Under the pieces are notes generated by a model. The model was not told where the DNA came from. It saw only the letters and a list, made by a program, of their open reading frames with translations, and made no database searches. A stretch of DNA of 64,000 bases, from the NCBI GenBank assembly GCA_963693365.1, contig CAVNZM010000001.1:21026125-21090124 (forward strand), given 5' to 3'. Of the stretch, positions 46,325-58,520 are shown piece by piece. Every line of letters begins with the position of its first letter. Positions within the stretch are counted from its first letter, which is position 1. The position numbers and the translations under genes are program-made. The stretch is from Amoebidium appalachense (taxonomy: Eukaryota > Protista > Ichthyosporea).

Positions 46325-47571
46325 CCCCCGCCCTCTTTTTTGCCGACGATATTGTGCTTATGTCATCCGATCCTCTCGAACTACGGCAATACATTCGTGT
46401 GGTTGAACATTGGTGCCAGCGCAACGATATGCAGATTAATGTCAAAAAGTGTGCCCTTTTATCAAAATCGATACCGGCATGGGACGACGTTTGTATTTTC
46501 GGCAGTCCCCTCCCTCGCCCAATCGAATACAAGTATTTGGGGATTCCGGTGGACGAATGGGGCATATGTTTCAAACGGATGATCGACCGTCGGGTGGAGA
46601 GTGCAGGCAGGTGTCTTCGGTTATTTCGGGATGTGTATCTTGCTACTCTTTCTCATACTGTCCACCTATACAATCGTCTTAGTATATTTCGCACATATAT
46701 TCGCCCTTTGTCGGAATACGGGTTGCCCTTACTAGCTATGGCACCCCCTGATACTGTTACTAATGTCCTCAAATCATTAGATGATTTCCATTACACAACT
46801 TGTTGTAAGTTTCTCACTGGTCTTTCCACACCTATCCCTAGACGCCTTTTTGATTCTCTCTACGCACTCACACCACCATCACAACGCGTACACGAATTAG
46901 CCCTTAAATTTCACGAGCACATCACCCGCCTGTCCGCTTGTGCCCCGGACCACCCGCTCTTCCGGCTACACGCATCCCCGCCGGATTCGCCCCTCTACCT
47001 CTTCCCTTCCCCATCGTCTCTGCCCATCATTGTTGAGCGCTATGTGGAATGGCTGGCGACCACCCCGGAGGTACGGCTAGATCATAGTGTGAATATGAAT
47101 AGTTTCAAGTCTATGGCTGATAGATATCTTTTTACTCTACGTGTTGAGTCCCTTCCGGTGTTAGGACCGCAAAAACACCAATTACTAGTAGCCTATATGG
47201 CGGATACGGTTAGAGAGTCTCGTTCATACATAGATTCGTTTATTCGTAATGTGGTGTGGTGTAAAAACGCAAAGATGATTATGGCTTGGCGGTGTAATCG
47301 GTTTCTGGTGTCTCCTGCTCGTATGTGTAATATGTGTGGGGGGCGGTTTACTCGCGGCTGCATATCTATCAATAAATGCAACCTGTTAGCTAATGTATTA
47401 GAACCGGAGGTTATTGGCGGTTTTATTCTCTTTTCTTCCTCTCTTCCTCAATATATCCGTTTTAAGATGACTATCCTAGATCACCTTATTAATGCTGCAC
47501 AGTATGATATTGTGATCCGGTGCCTTAACTTTCTGTCGGAGCTACCGATGCTAGCATCTGCTTACCCATAA
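46189..47571 (+). CDS. Chimeric ORF (460 aa): ~45 LTR-encoded coiled-coil residues fused to the LINE RT C-terminal half
   Basis: MSDNLQLQQLVQLLEQRLASQDAIISDLQKEQRALEL lies inside the LTR and reads in frame into ALFFADD...YKYLG...; expression unknown. Confidence 0.5.
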   Translation: MSDNLQLQQLVQLLEQRLASQDAIISDLQKEQRALELASMNTMSNTPALFFADDIVLMSSDPLELRQYIRVVEHWCQRNDMQINVKKCALLSKSIPAWDDVCIFGSPLPRPIEYKYLGIPVDEWGICFKRMIDRRVESAGRCLRLFRDVYLATLSHTVHLYNRLSIFRTYIRPLSEYGLPLLAMAPPDTVTNVLKSLDDFHYTTCCKFLTGLSTPIPRRLFDSLYALTPPSQRVHELALKFHEHITRLSACAPDHPLFRLHASPPDSPLYLFPSPSSLPIIVERYVEWLATTPEVRLDHSVNMNSFKSMADRYLFTLRVESLPVLGPQKHQLLVAYMADTVRESRSYIDSFIRNVVWCKNAKMIMAWRCNRFLVSPARMCNMCGGRFTRGCISINKCNLLANVLEPEVIGGFILFSSSLPQYIRFKMTILDHLINAAQYDIVIRCLNFLSELPMLASAYP

Positions 47572-49248
47572 TATGTAATAGGGGTGTCAGATACTACGAT
47601 GGCGCTCATTGTTGCCTAGCATGTACATATGTCACTGGCTGCATTTGATTGGCTGTGCTGGAAAACGCAGTAGGCCGTCGAATGTGGCTGGGCCTCCGGC
47701 AATGTCCACGCAATAAAAAGTGTGTAAACCCCCGCGAATTCATGCTGGAACAGCTCAGGCTGTGAAATTAGGGGGTTTATGTAGGGCCAGATCGATTTAG
47801 AAACATTTTTTCTTTTGACTCGGTTTTAGTGATCCGTTGATGACGGCAACGTGCAGCCACAGGCTACATAACCACCAATAGAACTGAAAAAGCCAAAGCT
47901 ACGAAAGAAAAATAAAGTGACAAGTGACAAAGGACACCAGCGGGCAAAACCTTAAGTGTACGTGTATGCGTGAAACTAGTTTGCTCCAATTAGTCATATG
48001 CATCGATGTTGACCAGACCACACTCCGCAAAGACATCATTAATTACTGCTGCTTCCCAACAGGCCCCCCTCAAAACCTACAAAATTGCCCCCGAAAGCCC
48101 GAAAATTGTCCCTAACTTTTCGAGGTTAGGTCCATCGACTTTTGAGAAATTGGCCCTAACAAGGCCAAATATATAAGAAATTACACCCAAAAACGGTTGT
48201 TGTCTCGATTAGGGCCATCCAGGCTGGTAGAAAGGTAACAAAATGGCAGTAGCCAAAAACAAATTTCACACCCTGGCACAGCTGCAGCTGGCAAAATAAT
48301 TTCACACCCCGACCCAAAGTTGTTACGCGATAGAGATTGGGTCTGCCGACACCCGATTTGGCGATGATAAGAATGGACCGCGTTGATTGGTCGGCTGGCT
48401 GTGACGTCACATACCTTTCCTGTGACGCAAATGCGGGCCGAGATCTAGAAGGATTGACTTAAACAAGCCAGTGTGTGTGTCTGTGCGTGGGTAGTTGTGT
48501 AGGTTATAATACGTACGGGTAACTTAAGAGAGGGCAGGCAGCATATTCTGTTTATTTTGTGGTGCATGTGCTTGTTGTGCAATCAAGTCACAGGTTAAAG
48601 CAGCACTGAACACACGTAGGGCTCCGCCGGGTCAGCAAGAGGACACTTAGCAGGACACATACAGAGATAGACAGGTGACTCTGTGGGTGGGCATACGGGG
48701 CACCTCAGTGGGTTGGGGAGAACGAAACCTTTCGGTAAACCTGGTTGGGTGCTCCTTACTGCTGGCCGACCAGGAGCTAGCATTAAGGTGAATGGCTGGG
48801 GCGTGGCTGTGTGTTGGTGCACCAGTGCTACTTGTGCCAGTCATAGCAGTAAAGAGGGGTCGTGCAGGGATAACAGGTGTAGATGGGCGTGTGTTCCAGT
48901 GCGCTTTGCCCGTCAACATCTCTTCAATCATTCCGTGTCACGCCTCTGGGTCTCTTGGTCAGAATGATTTACGTTAGCTCAGCATTATGCTGTGAACCAC
49001 TTCTCTGTGTGGTGTTGTGAATGCAACACCGTAGCATCTTGGTATATGGAGTACATCAGGATGCTGCGTGTCGTTTGTGTGGCCGCTGGCGGTTCAATGG
49101 CCCAGTCCTGCCTTCTAGCAGCGAGTACGAGGAGCGGCTGGGTGCCCCCTTCTCTGTTCCTGTCGGGTGTAATAACTGGCTTTTGCCTTCCCCTGTGCTC
49201 GGTGCCACTGTGCTCACGCGACCCTTTGGTGTGCCTGCAGGGTGTTGC

Positions 49249-50059
49249 ATGGCCGACACCATGTGTGCCGGGCAGGCCTGCACACCGGCCCACTGTGCTG
49301 TGGCGCCGCTTGTGCCTGCCGGCGACCCAACACCCCCCAAGCGGAAGAGGGGCCGGCCACCCAAGAACAGGCCCCGGCTGGACGTTTTGGCGGTGCCTGT
49401 GGTCGTGCCCACGGTCGAGGTGACGCCGGCCAGGGAGGGGGAAAAGAGGGAGCAGGGGGAGAGCAGCGAGGGGGGGGAGGAGGAGGTCGACCCCATGGCC
49501 CTGTCCCCGGCAGAGGGGGAAGAGGGGCTGGACAGTCCGCAGGGCAGCACAGGCAGGAAGATAGGGTCGAGGGTCAGGAGGGACAGGGACAGGGCCCAGC
49601 GTGCAGGTATGGTGCTTGTTTAACCTTGTTGTGGGAACAGTTTCTTTTTCCAACAGGTGGGGGGGGGTGGGGGGTTGGAAGGTTGCTGGGCCTTCAACCA
49701 CTATGTGCTTGAACTGGCCAGTGCTTTGCACCTGAGTGCAGCCCTTGTTCGGTGTGTGTCAGTGTGCTTGTGCACGTGCTTCTCTCTCTCTGTGGGTTGG
49801 ACCATGCTGCTGCAAGGTGTGTGCAGAGACCAGCAGACTGACAGCCACCTGCAGGGCACCTTATGATGCCCGTACGCAACAGGCTGGGCACAGTGTGGTT
49901 TCGGGGCTACCAAATGGTCGAGGAGGACTATCCTACCGGCATGAACTACTTCCCGGCCATAGTCACACGTGCGTGGACAGGCACACACACACGCACACAC
50001 ACACACACACATGCGCGCGAGCACACACACACACACACACACACACCACACACACACAC

Positions 50060-50136
<77 letters not shown>

Positions 50137-50744
50137 ACATTCCTGGTCATGGCACACAGACACTACTTTCGTGGCATACCACACGTGCGTGTACACACAA
50201 ACACACACACACGTGTCACTTCCCGGTGATGATCACACTTGGATGCACACAGGCACACACACACATACACATACACTCACTCATTCACTCTTCCACTCAC
50301 TCCTTCACTACTCACTCACTCACTCACACATACACACACACACACAAACATAGATTGAGAGAGACACAACCTACTTTCCGGCGTTAATGTCACTTGTTTG
50401 CCCACGCGTGCGCACACACACGTACACACACACACACACACACAGTACTTTCCCGGCCATTGTCGTGCATACCGTGTCACCCGCACATATACAACCGTGC
50501 ATTGATGCCCATAAACAGTCACACGTGCATGCGCCAGCGTGCACACGCACACGCACACACCAGGAAAACAAAAAAAAACACCCACACACACACACACAAA
50601 CAGATATACACACATACAATATTTTCTCCATTACTGCCTAGCCTTAGTCACACGTGCGCACATCCACACAAGCACACCATACTCACCGGACATGGTCCAC
50701 GTGTGTGCATACACACATACTCCCTGTTGCCTATAGTCACACGT

Positions 50745-50798
<54 letters not shown>

Positions 50799-51264
50799 CC
50801 TCCTGGTCATAGTGATGCGTGCACACACAGCCATAATCACAAGTTCGTGCGACCATGCACACACGCGTGTGCGCCCGATTAGATCTCTGACCCCTCATGG
50901 TCAACGTTAGCTCACACAAGTAAACATACACACACTGCCTCCCGCGGGTACATAAAGAAACACGCTTTTGGTGGCGCACGCTTTGTGTAATCCGTCCTAT
51001 GTAAGCAGTTACCTTATAAGGGCATGGGTGGTGTGATCTGATTAGTTGCTGCAGGAGAGGAGCATGAGCGTATTGTGGCGGTAACCAATAGCGTTCCACG
51101 GCAAAAGCGATCCCCGTGGTCTACTGAGGGCCTGGGTGGAAAGTACCAGAAGGTGAGGGAGGGGGAAAAGGGGGGGGGGGGGGGGGGGGGGGCTGACCGT
51201 GTGTGTGGGTATACAGTAACGTGTTCGGTTGTAAGCTGTCGGTTTGGTGGTGGTGGTGGTGGTA

Positions 51265-51302
<38 letters not shown>

Positions 51303-52087
51303 GGGGGGGGGGGGGGGGGGGGGGGGGAGGGAGGAGGGGGGGAGGGTTAGTTCCTTTGTGTGGGAGGTAATGATAATGGGGAGGGGGGGGGGGGTTGTAT
51401 CTGTGTGTGGTGGACTATTATGGTGGGGTGGTGTTCCTGTGCATGTTCTAGGATGTTGATAGGGCTACATTGTACAGGGGCCTCTTGCCTTACATGGTCA
51501 TGCTGCCTCCTGCCTTATATAGGCGTATACCTCTTGCCTGTGCTGACTCTTGACAATCAGGTATATTTCCTCAGCGACGAAAACATCGACACCATCCTGG
51601 TGGGTGCCCCTTTCTCCCCCTCCCACCCTTGGGTCTTTTCGTAGTGTCACTGCATGTGCTCTCCGTGTTGACCAGAGTGGCCATCCAAACCTGCAGTTTG
51701 ACACCGTCACTGTCTGATTTTGTGGAAAATAAACAGACATAGACAAACGGAACACACACACTGCAGCCATACCGAACACATCGATAGGCAGGCAGGCTAG
51801 CATGCTCTTGCACAAGACACGCCAGGCCATATGCATTGTGGTTGTGTGGACACACACAGACACACACAGGGGCTGCGTGTGTTGCCTAGAATTTGCCTCT
51901 GGTCACGTGGCTGACACGTGCACGTGCAGAAGCACGGCTACACATGGAACCAGCGCCGCATGAAGTTCCAGACCATCCACAACCCCCAGGACCACGAGCA
52001 CCCAGGTGACCGAGATCCCCCCCCCTCCCCCCCCCCCCCTGCCTTCACCCACTTCTCTCTCTCTCTCTCTCTCGTTCTCTCTCTCTC

Positions 52088-52131
<44 letters not shown>

Positions 52132-54268
52132 CCCCCCCCCCCCCCCCCCCTCTCTCCCCTCTCCCCTCTCTCCCTCCTTCCCCCCCCCCCCCCCACACAC
52201 ACACACACGCGCGCGCAAGGAGGGCAGATACAAACCTATGCATGTGTCTGCACTCCCACATGTATTGTCAAAACCCTTCACCCCCTGGCCGGCAACCCAA
52301 TTTTAGCATCCTTGGCAAAGGGTGAGTGGCTGTTAAAGACAAATGGAGGGCTCAGAAGACGCACAGGGGCAAGGGCATATTTTCAAGCACCAGCCCAGCT
52401 GGTCTACAAGAAAATGTGTGAGAGCATGCCTGCGTGCCTGTGTGTATGCCTGTGGGTGGGTGGGTGGGTGGGTATGGGTGGCCATGGGGGGGGGTGTGTG
52501 TGTATGCGTGTGTGCGTGTGCGCGTGCGTGCGTGCGTGTGTGTGTGCCTGTGTATTGTGTTATTGTGTATCTGCGCCCGCGCCTTTGGCATGTGTGCCTG
52601 TGTGCATGCATACGTGTGAAAGAAACAAGCCAACCCAAACCAAATCTCCATATTAATGGCTACCCGTCAATTGCCCCTTCTTCGCCCATGCATCCAGCCA
52701 CCCCCTCTGACGTCATGACCTTTGCAGGGGCCGTGCGTCTTCAGGCCGACCCCAACAGAGAGTGGCCCTCAGAGACCCTCACAGACAGAGTCGGCAGGCT
52801 GGCCGCCGTAAAAGCAGGTGGGGATGGGAGGATGGTTTTCTTTTTTTTGATTGCTTTGCAGATGAGAGAAAGCGGCGCAATCATTATGTTTGGCTTGAGT
52901 GTTGGGTAGTGCTTTGATTAGTGATGCCAGTAAGCCTGTGCTGACACTTGTTGGTGGGTGCAGGGCGGTGCCTGGAGCTGGTGGGCATGCAGGCCAACTG
53001 GATGATGGGTGAGTGCCAGTGCACAGACACACACACGCACACACACACACACATGCGGGCGCGCGCACACACACACACACACACACATACCTCTCATAGA
53101 GACATACGAGCCACCCCTGTGTGTTTGGCTATGCATGGAGTGCCCAAGCATTTGTCTATGACACACGAAAGAGGCTGTGGTGGGTCTTCATGTTCGGCTG
53201 TGCTCATTGGCTTATGTGATGACGGTGAATAGCGGATGCAGCCGGGCAGGCCCCCCGGGGGTGGAGGGTGAAGGGGGGGCAACGATTTTCTTGATGCCAC
53301 GGGGCACCCTTATGCAGGTGCTGACTGGCTGGTTTGTGCAGGGACGGACTTCCCGACACACAAGGACCTGCCGTCCAAGGAGGGCTGGGGGGATGTGATT
53401 GCCTGTGTGAGCCTGTGCAGTGGCGGGGATGTGGTGCTGAAAGACCCCGTCACAGACGAGGCCTGGTGCATGTACATAGGCCCACGCGACATGTATACCC
53501 TCAGGTGCGTGTGTGTGCCTTGCAGCACGTGTGCTTGTGTGTGTTGTGTGCCTGCAGGTGTGTGCTTTCTTGTGCAGGGGTCGAGGCTGGTTTTTGGGCT
53601 GCACCGTGAACGAGAACATGCAGTGATGCATTCCCCTAGCAACAAGCACGTGGCTCTCCTTGACCCTTCCTTTTTGCAACCCCCCTCTTGCTTCCCAAAC
53701 AAGCACATAAACCCACCCACACCCCATGTGCCGTTGCGGCTGCATTTATTTGTACACCTGCCATGTTTGAAGTGGACTGCTGCTAAGGCTACAGTGTGTC
53801 GGGCATTTTGGTGGACCTTTGGACACAGGCACAGGCAGGCACATACGCACAAACAGGCACAGGCAGGCACACGCGCACTTACAGGCACAGGCATGTGCAT
53901 GCGCACTCAAGGCACACGCAGTGTGTGCGCACTTACAGGCACGCGCATGTGCGTGCGCACTGACAGGCACAAGCATGCACATATGCACAGACAGGCACAG
54001 GCATGCACATGTGCACAGACAGGTACAAGCATGCACACATGCACAGACAGACAAGCATTCACTTATGCACAGGCAGGCACATACACCGGCACAAGCACGC
54101 ACGTGCACACACTGACGACACGTGCACAGGGACAATGTGCGATGGGAGTGGGAGCACGGGCTTGTTGCCGACGACAACACCAAACGCATCAGCCTGGTGT
54201 GGAGGTTCAGAGAGTACGACCCGACCATCCCCCTGCACTTGCAGCCCGCACGCACTGCTTGCACGTAG
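49249..54268 (+). CDS. AT-hook + AlkB-family 2OG-Fe(II) dioxygenase, multi-exon
   Basis: Exon 49249-49606 KRKRGRPPKNRP (AT-hook); ~49854-49968 GMNYFPAIVT; ~51054-51151 EEHERIV...W; ~51930-52005 HGYTW; ~53342-53504 PTHKD...WGDVIACVSLCS...IGPRDMYTL (HxD); ~54130-54268 VRWEWEHGL...KRISLVWR* (distal His and RxxxxxR). One or two small internal exons and the true start are uncertain. Confidence 0.82.
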
Positions 54269-54300
54269 CACGTGCACACAACACGCGCGAGAACACACAT

Positions 54301-54343
<43 letters not shown>

Positions 54344-55226
54344 ACACGTGCCATGCACGAGCAGTTCCGTAGACACGTGTGGTATAAGGGAGGGCGCCTT
54401 TGCGCCAGATTTTATTGGTTGAAGCACGCGCATTGTCATGCAGAAATCACGTGGCATGTGTGCACGTGCAGGTATCCGGGCGAATGGAAAGTTCTGGGGT
54501 GTTCTGTAGGGGTGGACTGTGCGGCATGGAAAATTGACGAAAATGCACGCGCGCAGACTGAACTGGCTGTCAGTATGTATGATGCAGCACTCACCTGATT
54601 TCGTGTATAAATACTCCGTGCCCCGAAAAGTTTTGTGTGAACAGGGAATGTTTATTTGAAGGGGGGCTGGTGTACACATGTGAGCACATGGCAGGCAGGC
54701 CCTGTACAGAGCATTAAACGGCCCGCCAGCCACGTGGCTTAACAATATCAGAGTATGCACAAGCACCTTCTATGTCTTTCCAGTGCCACGTGGCATGGCA
54801 CAGGCATGACACGATAGCATATGTTACAGGACAGTCATGCACGTGTACACGTGAGTGCATGTGCGCTCAGGCACCCCCCACACCTGTCTTCGTAAACAAA
54901 CACGTACGTTAACCACGAGCACGACCAAGGCGACTGAGCCTCGGAGGGCCACGACCATTACTACCCGGGTCCACGGCCGATATGCAAATGCATGCTTGGG
55001 TCGTTTTATGCCTCTTGCCACCTTGAGCTGAAGCTTTGTAACTGCCGCATGGGCCACTCTGTACACACTATTAAATATATGTGGCATGTGGGCATGCATC
55101 GAACGGGGGTTGCAAGTGTTGCTGCTTGGCCTGGCTCATAGACCTCAGCGCTGCTCTAATTAGATCGATCGGCCCGAATATCAACTAGCCAAGCACATCT
55201 GCCAGTAGCGGCATACATCGGTATTG

Positions 55227-56640
<1,414 letters not shown>

Positions 56641-57109
56641 GCCCCACCGGGCCCTCCTTCCTCTCTCCCTCCCTATCTTCGGCCCTTCTCCTCCCCCCCC
56701 CTCCTTCCCCCCTCTCTCCCTCTCCTCTTGGGATCTGGCTTCTCAATCTTCCGACTCTCTCTCTCTTTTCCTCTCTCTCTCCCCACCCGGCACCCTCCCT
56801 CTCTCTATTTCTCCCTCTGTCTTCGGCCCTTCTCCCCCCCCCCCCCCCTTCCCCCCTCCCCACCCCCCCCTCTCCCCCTCTACTCTTGAGATCTGGCTTA
56901 TCAATCTTCAGATCTCTTTACCTTTAGGGCTCTCTACTATTCAGACCATCCTCCATCCCCCCCCCCCCCTTCCCCCCACCCCCCTCTCTCGGGGCACCTT
57001 CTCCCCCTCCAGGTAGCGGCCTACTAGCTTTCGAGTGCCCTTATCACTCTTTGTGTTCCACACACACCGTGACCCACACCCACAAACCGACACACACCAA
57101 CACCCATAT

Positions 57110-57202
<93 letters not shown>

Positions 57203-57717
57203 TCCCTGGTAGATTCTTCCTACTTCCCCCCTCTCCGAGACCACAGGCTAGGGGCTCTTTTAAAAAGCTTTAAAAAGACCTTGCAGATCCCTACGGGAAG
57301 GGTAGCAGAGCAAGGCTCCTATGTACTAACATAGTTAGTGTATAGAAGGCCTTGAAGCAGGGAGGAGTGGGGGGGGGGGGGGGGGGGGGGGGGGGGAGGG
57401 GGGGGGGCTGGCTGAGGGGGAGATCTGTCAGCAAGAGGGGGCAAGGAAGGCAAGGGGGGGGGGGGGGGGGGAGGGGAGTAGAGAGGTCGAGCTGCTGCAG
57501 AGACACAAGGAGAGAAAGAGAGAGATAAGCTAGAGAGGGGGAGAGAGGGTGATGCATGTGTGTGTGTGTCAGATGACCGACAGAGAAAGAGCAGAGAGAT
57601 AGACCAAGGTGAAGGAGAAAGCAGGGAGAGAGACAGCTGCTGAAGGGTAAGAGAGAGAGCTAGGTCACGGGAGGGTTAACGGAGCCGGGTGAGGGGAGGT
57701 TGGGAGAGAGGATGATC

Positions 57718-58428
57718 CGGAGTGTACGTGTGAATGCGCTTGTGTCCGTATGTCCAGACGAAGTCTTGCTTTTTTTGGTGCACTCCGGAACACGTGCTAT
57801 AGCTTAGTGTACGGAACAGCGTGGTGCACGTGGTTTTCCCTATAAATGCTACGTATACAGCTTGGCCGTGGTATTCTCACATGCAAGTTCTGTAGCGTGA
57901 TCGGCTAGCAGTAGGCTTGCTCATGGGCTAAATCAGCCAGGGAAAAACAAACAAAACAAACCATGTGTTTGCTTGCGTGTTATTCAGAAATTTGCGGCCA
58001 CTTTTGGTAGGTAACCACTAGCGAAGGTATTTTTTTTGCGCCAGGGTGTAGGCGTTTTCTGGCTGCGACAGATATGAAAACGCTCGTATTGTTTTTGCGC
58101 CAGGGTGTAGGCGTTTTCTGGCTGCGACAGATATATATGAAAACGCTCATGTATGAACGGAGCGCTTGGCTAGATGATATTCGATCTGGGCCGCCGCCCT
58201 GAGGTCAATTGGCTCAGAGGCACCCATCCACCCCGCACATGTTGGCTGGCCGGGCATGGTGATTGGCCCATGGTTTTGATGGGTAGGCTTACGTAAATAT
58301 CGTCCCGGTTGTGAAACGGGCCTTGCTGGTACCAGTGGTGGTGGCGGTGGTGAGCATGTGTGCGCGTGTGGGCATGCATCCCCGTGGATGGGTGTGGGTG
58401 TGGGTGGGTGTGTGGGTGAGCCCGGACC

Positions 58429-58481
<53 letters not shown>

Positions 58482-58520
58482 CAGACTGTGTGCCAACAGC
58501 TGCATGCATCGACATATCCG
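57718..58520. mobile_element. Possible ~800-bp non-autonomous insertion interrupting LINE-B
   Basis: Flanked by direct repeat GATGATC (57711-17, 58521-27) with CGGA...TCCG ends; internal ~55-bp duplication at ~58032-58147. Confidence 0.4.

Larger units (their letters stand above)
43289..47571 (+). pseudogene. LINE-A ORF2 (APE endonuclease, RT, C-terminal Cys motif), broken by two frameshifts and two LTR insertions
   Basis: FWNARSL, VAETW, VYFPP, LGDFN and PSDH (APE; frameshifts at ~43580 and ~43890); KACGPDGIP, FRPITL, FIDFKNAYD, QGSLLSP, FADD and YKYLG (RT); CNMC...RGC...KC. Removing each insert plus one TSD restores PPLTCILSE and QAPPALFFADD. Confidence 0.93.
41870..47733 (+). mobile_element. 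LINE-A: full-length APE-type non-LTR retrotransposon, disrupted (5' end approximate)
   Basis: Tandem-repeat 5' UTR (cacacgtttttttcttt, 41875-42030), ORF1, ORF2 with APE and RT motifs, AATAAA at 47712; the 3' end is defined by the inverted copy. Confidence 0.93.

Noticed and set aside
40797-47733. Penelope- or DIRS-like inverted terminal repeats
   Set aside because: The element has ORF1 plus APE-RT with no GIY-YIG or tyrosine recombinase, and the inverted copy has its own TSD.
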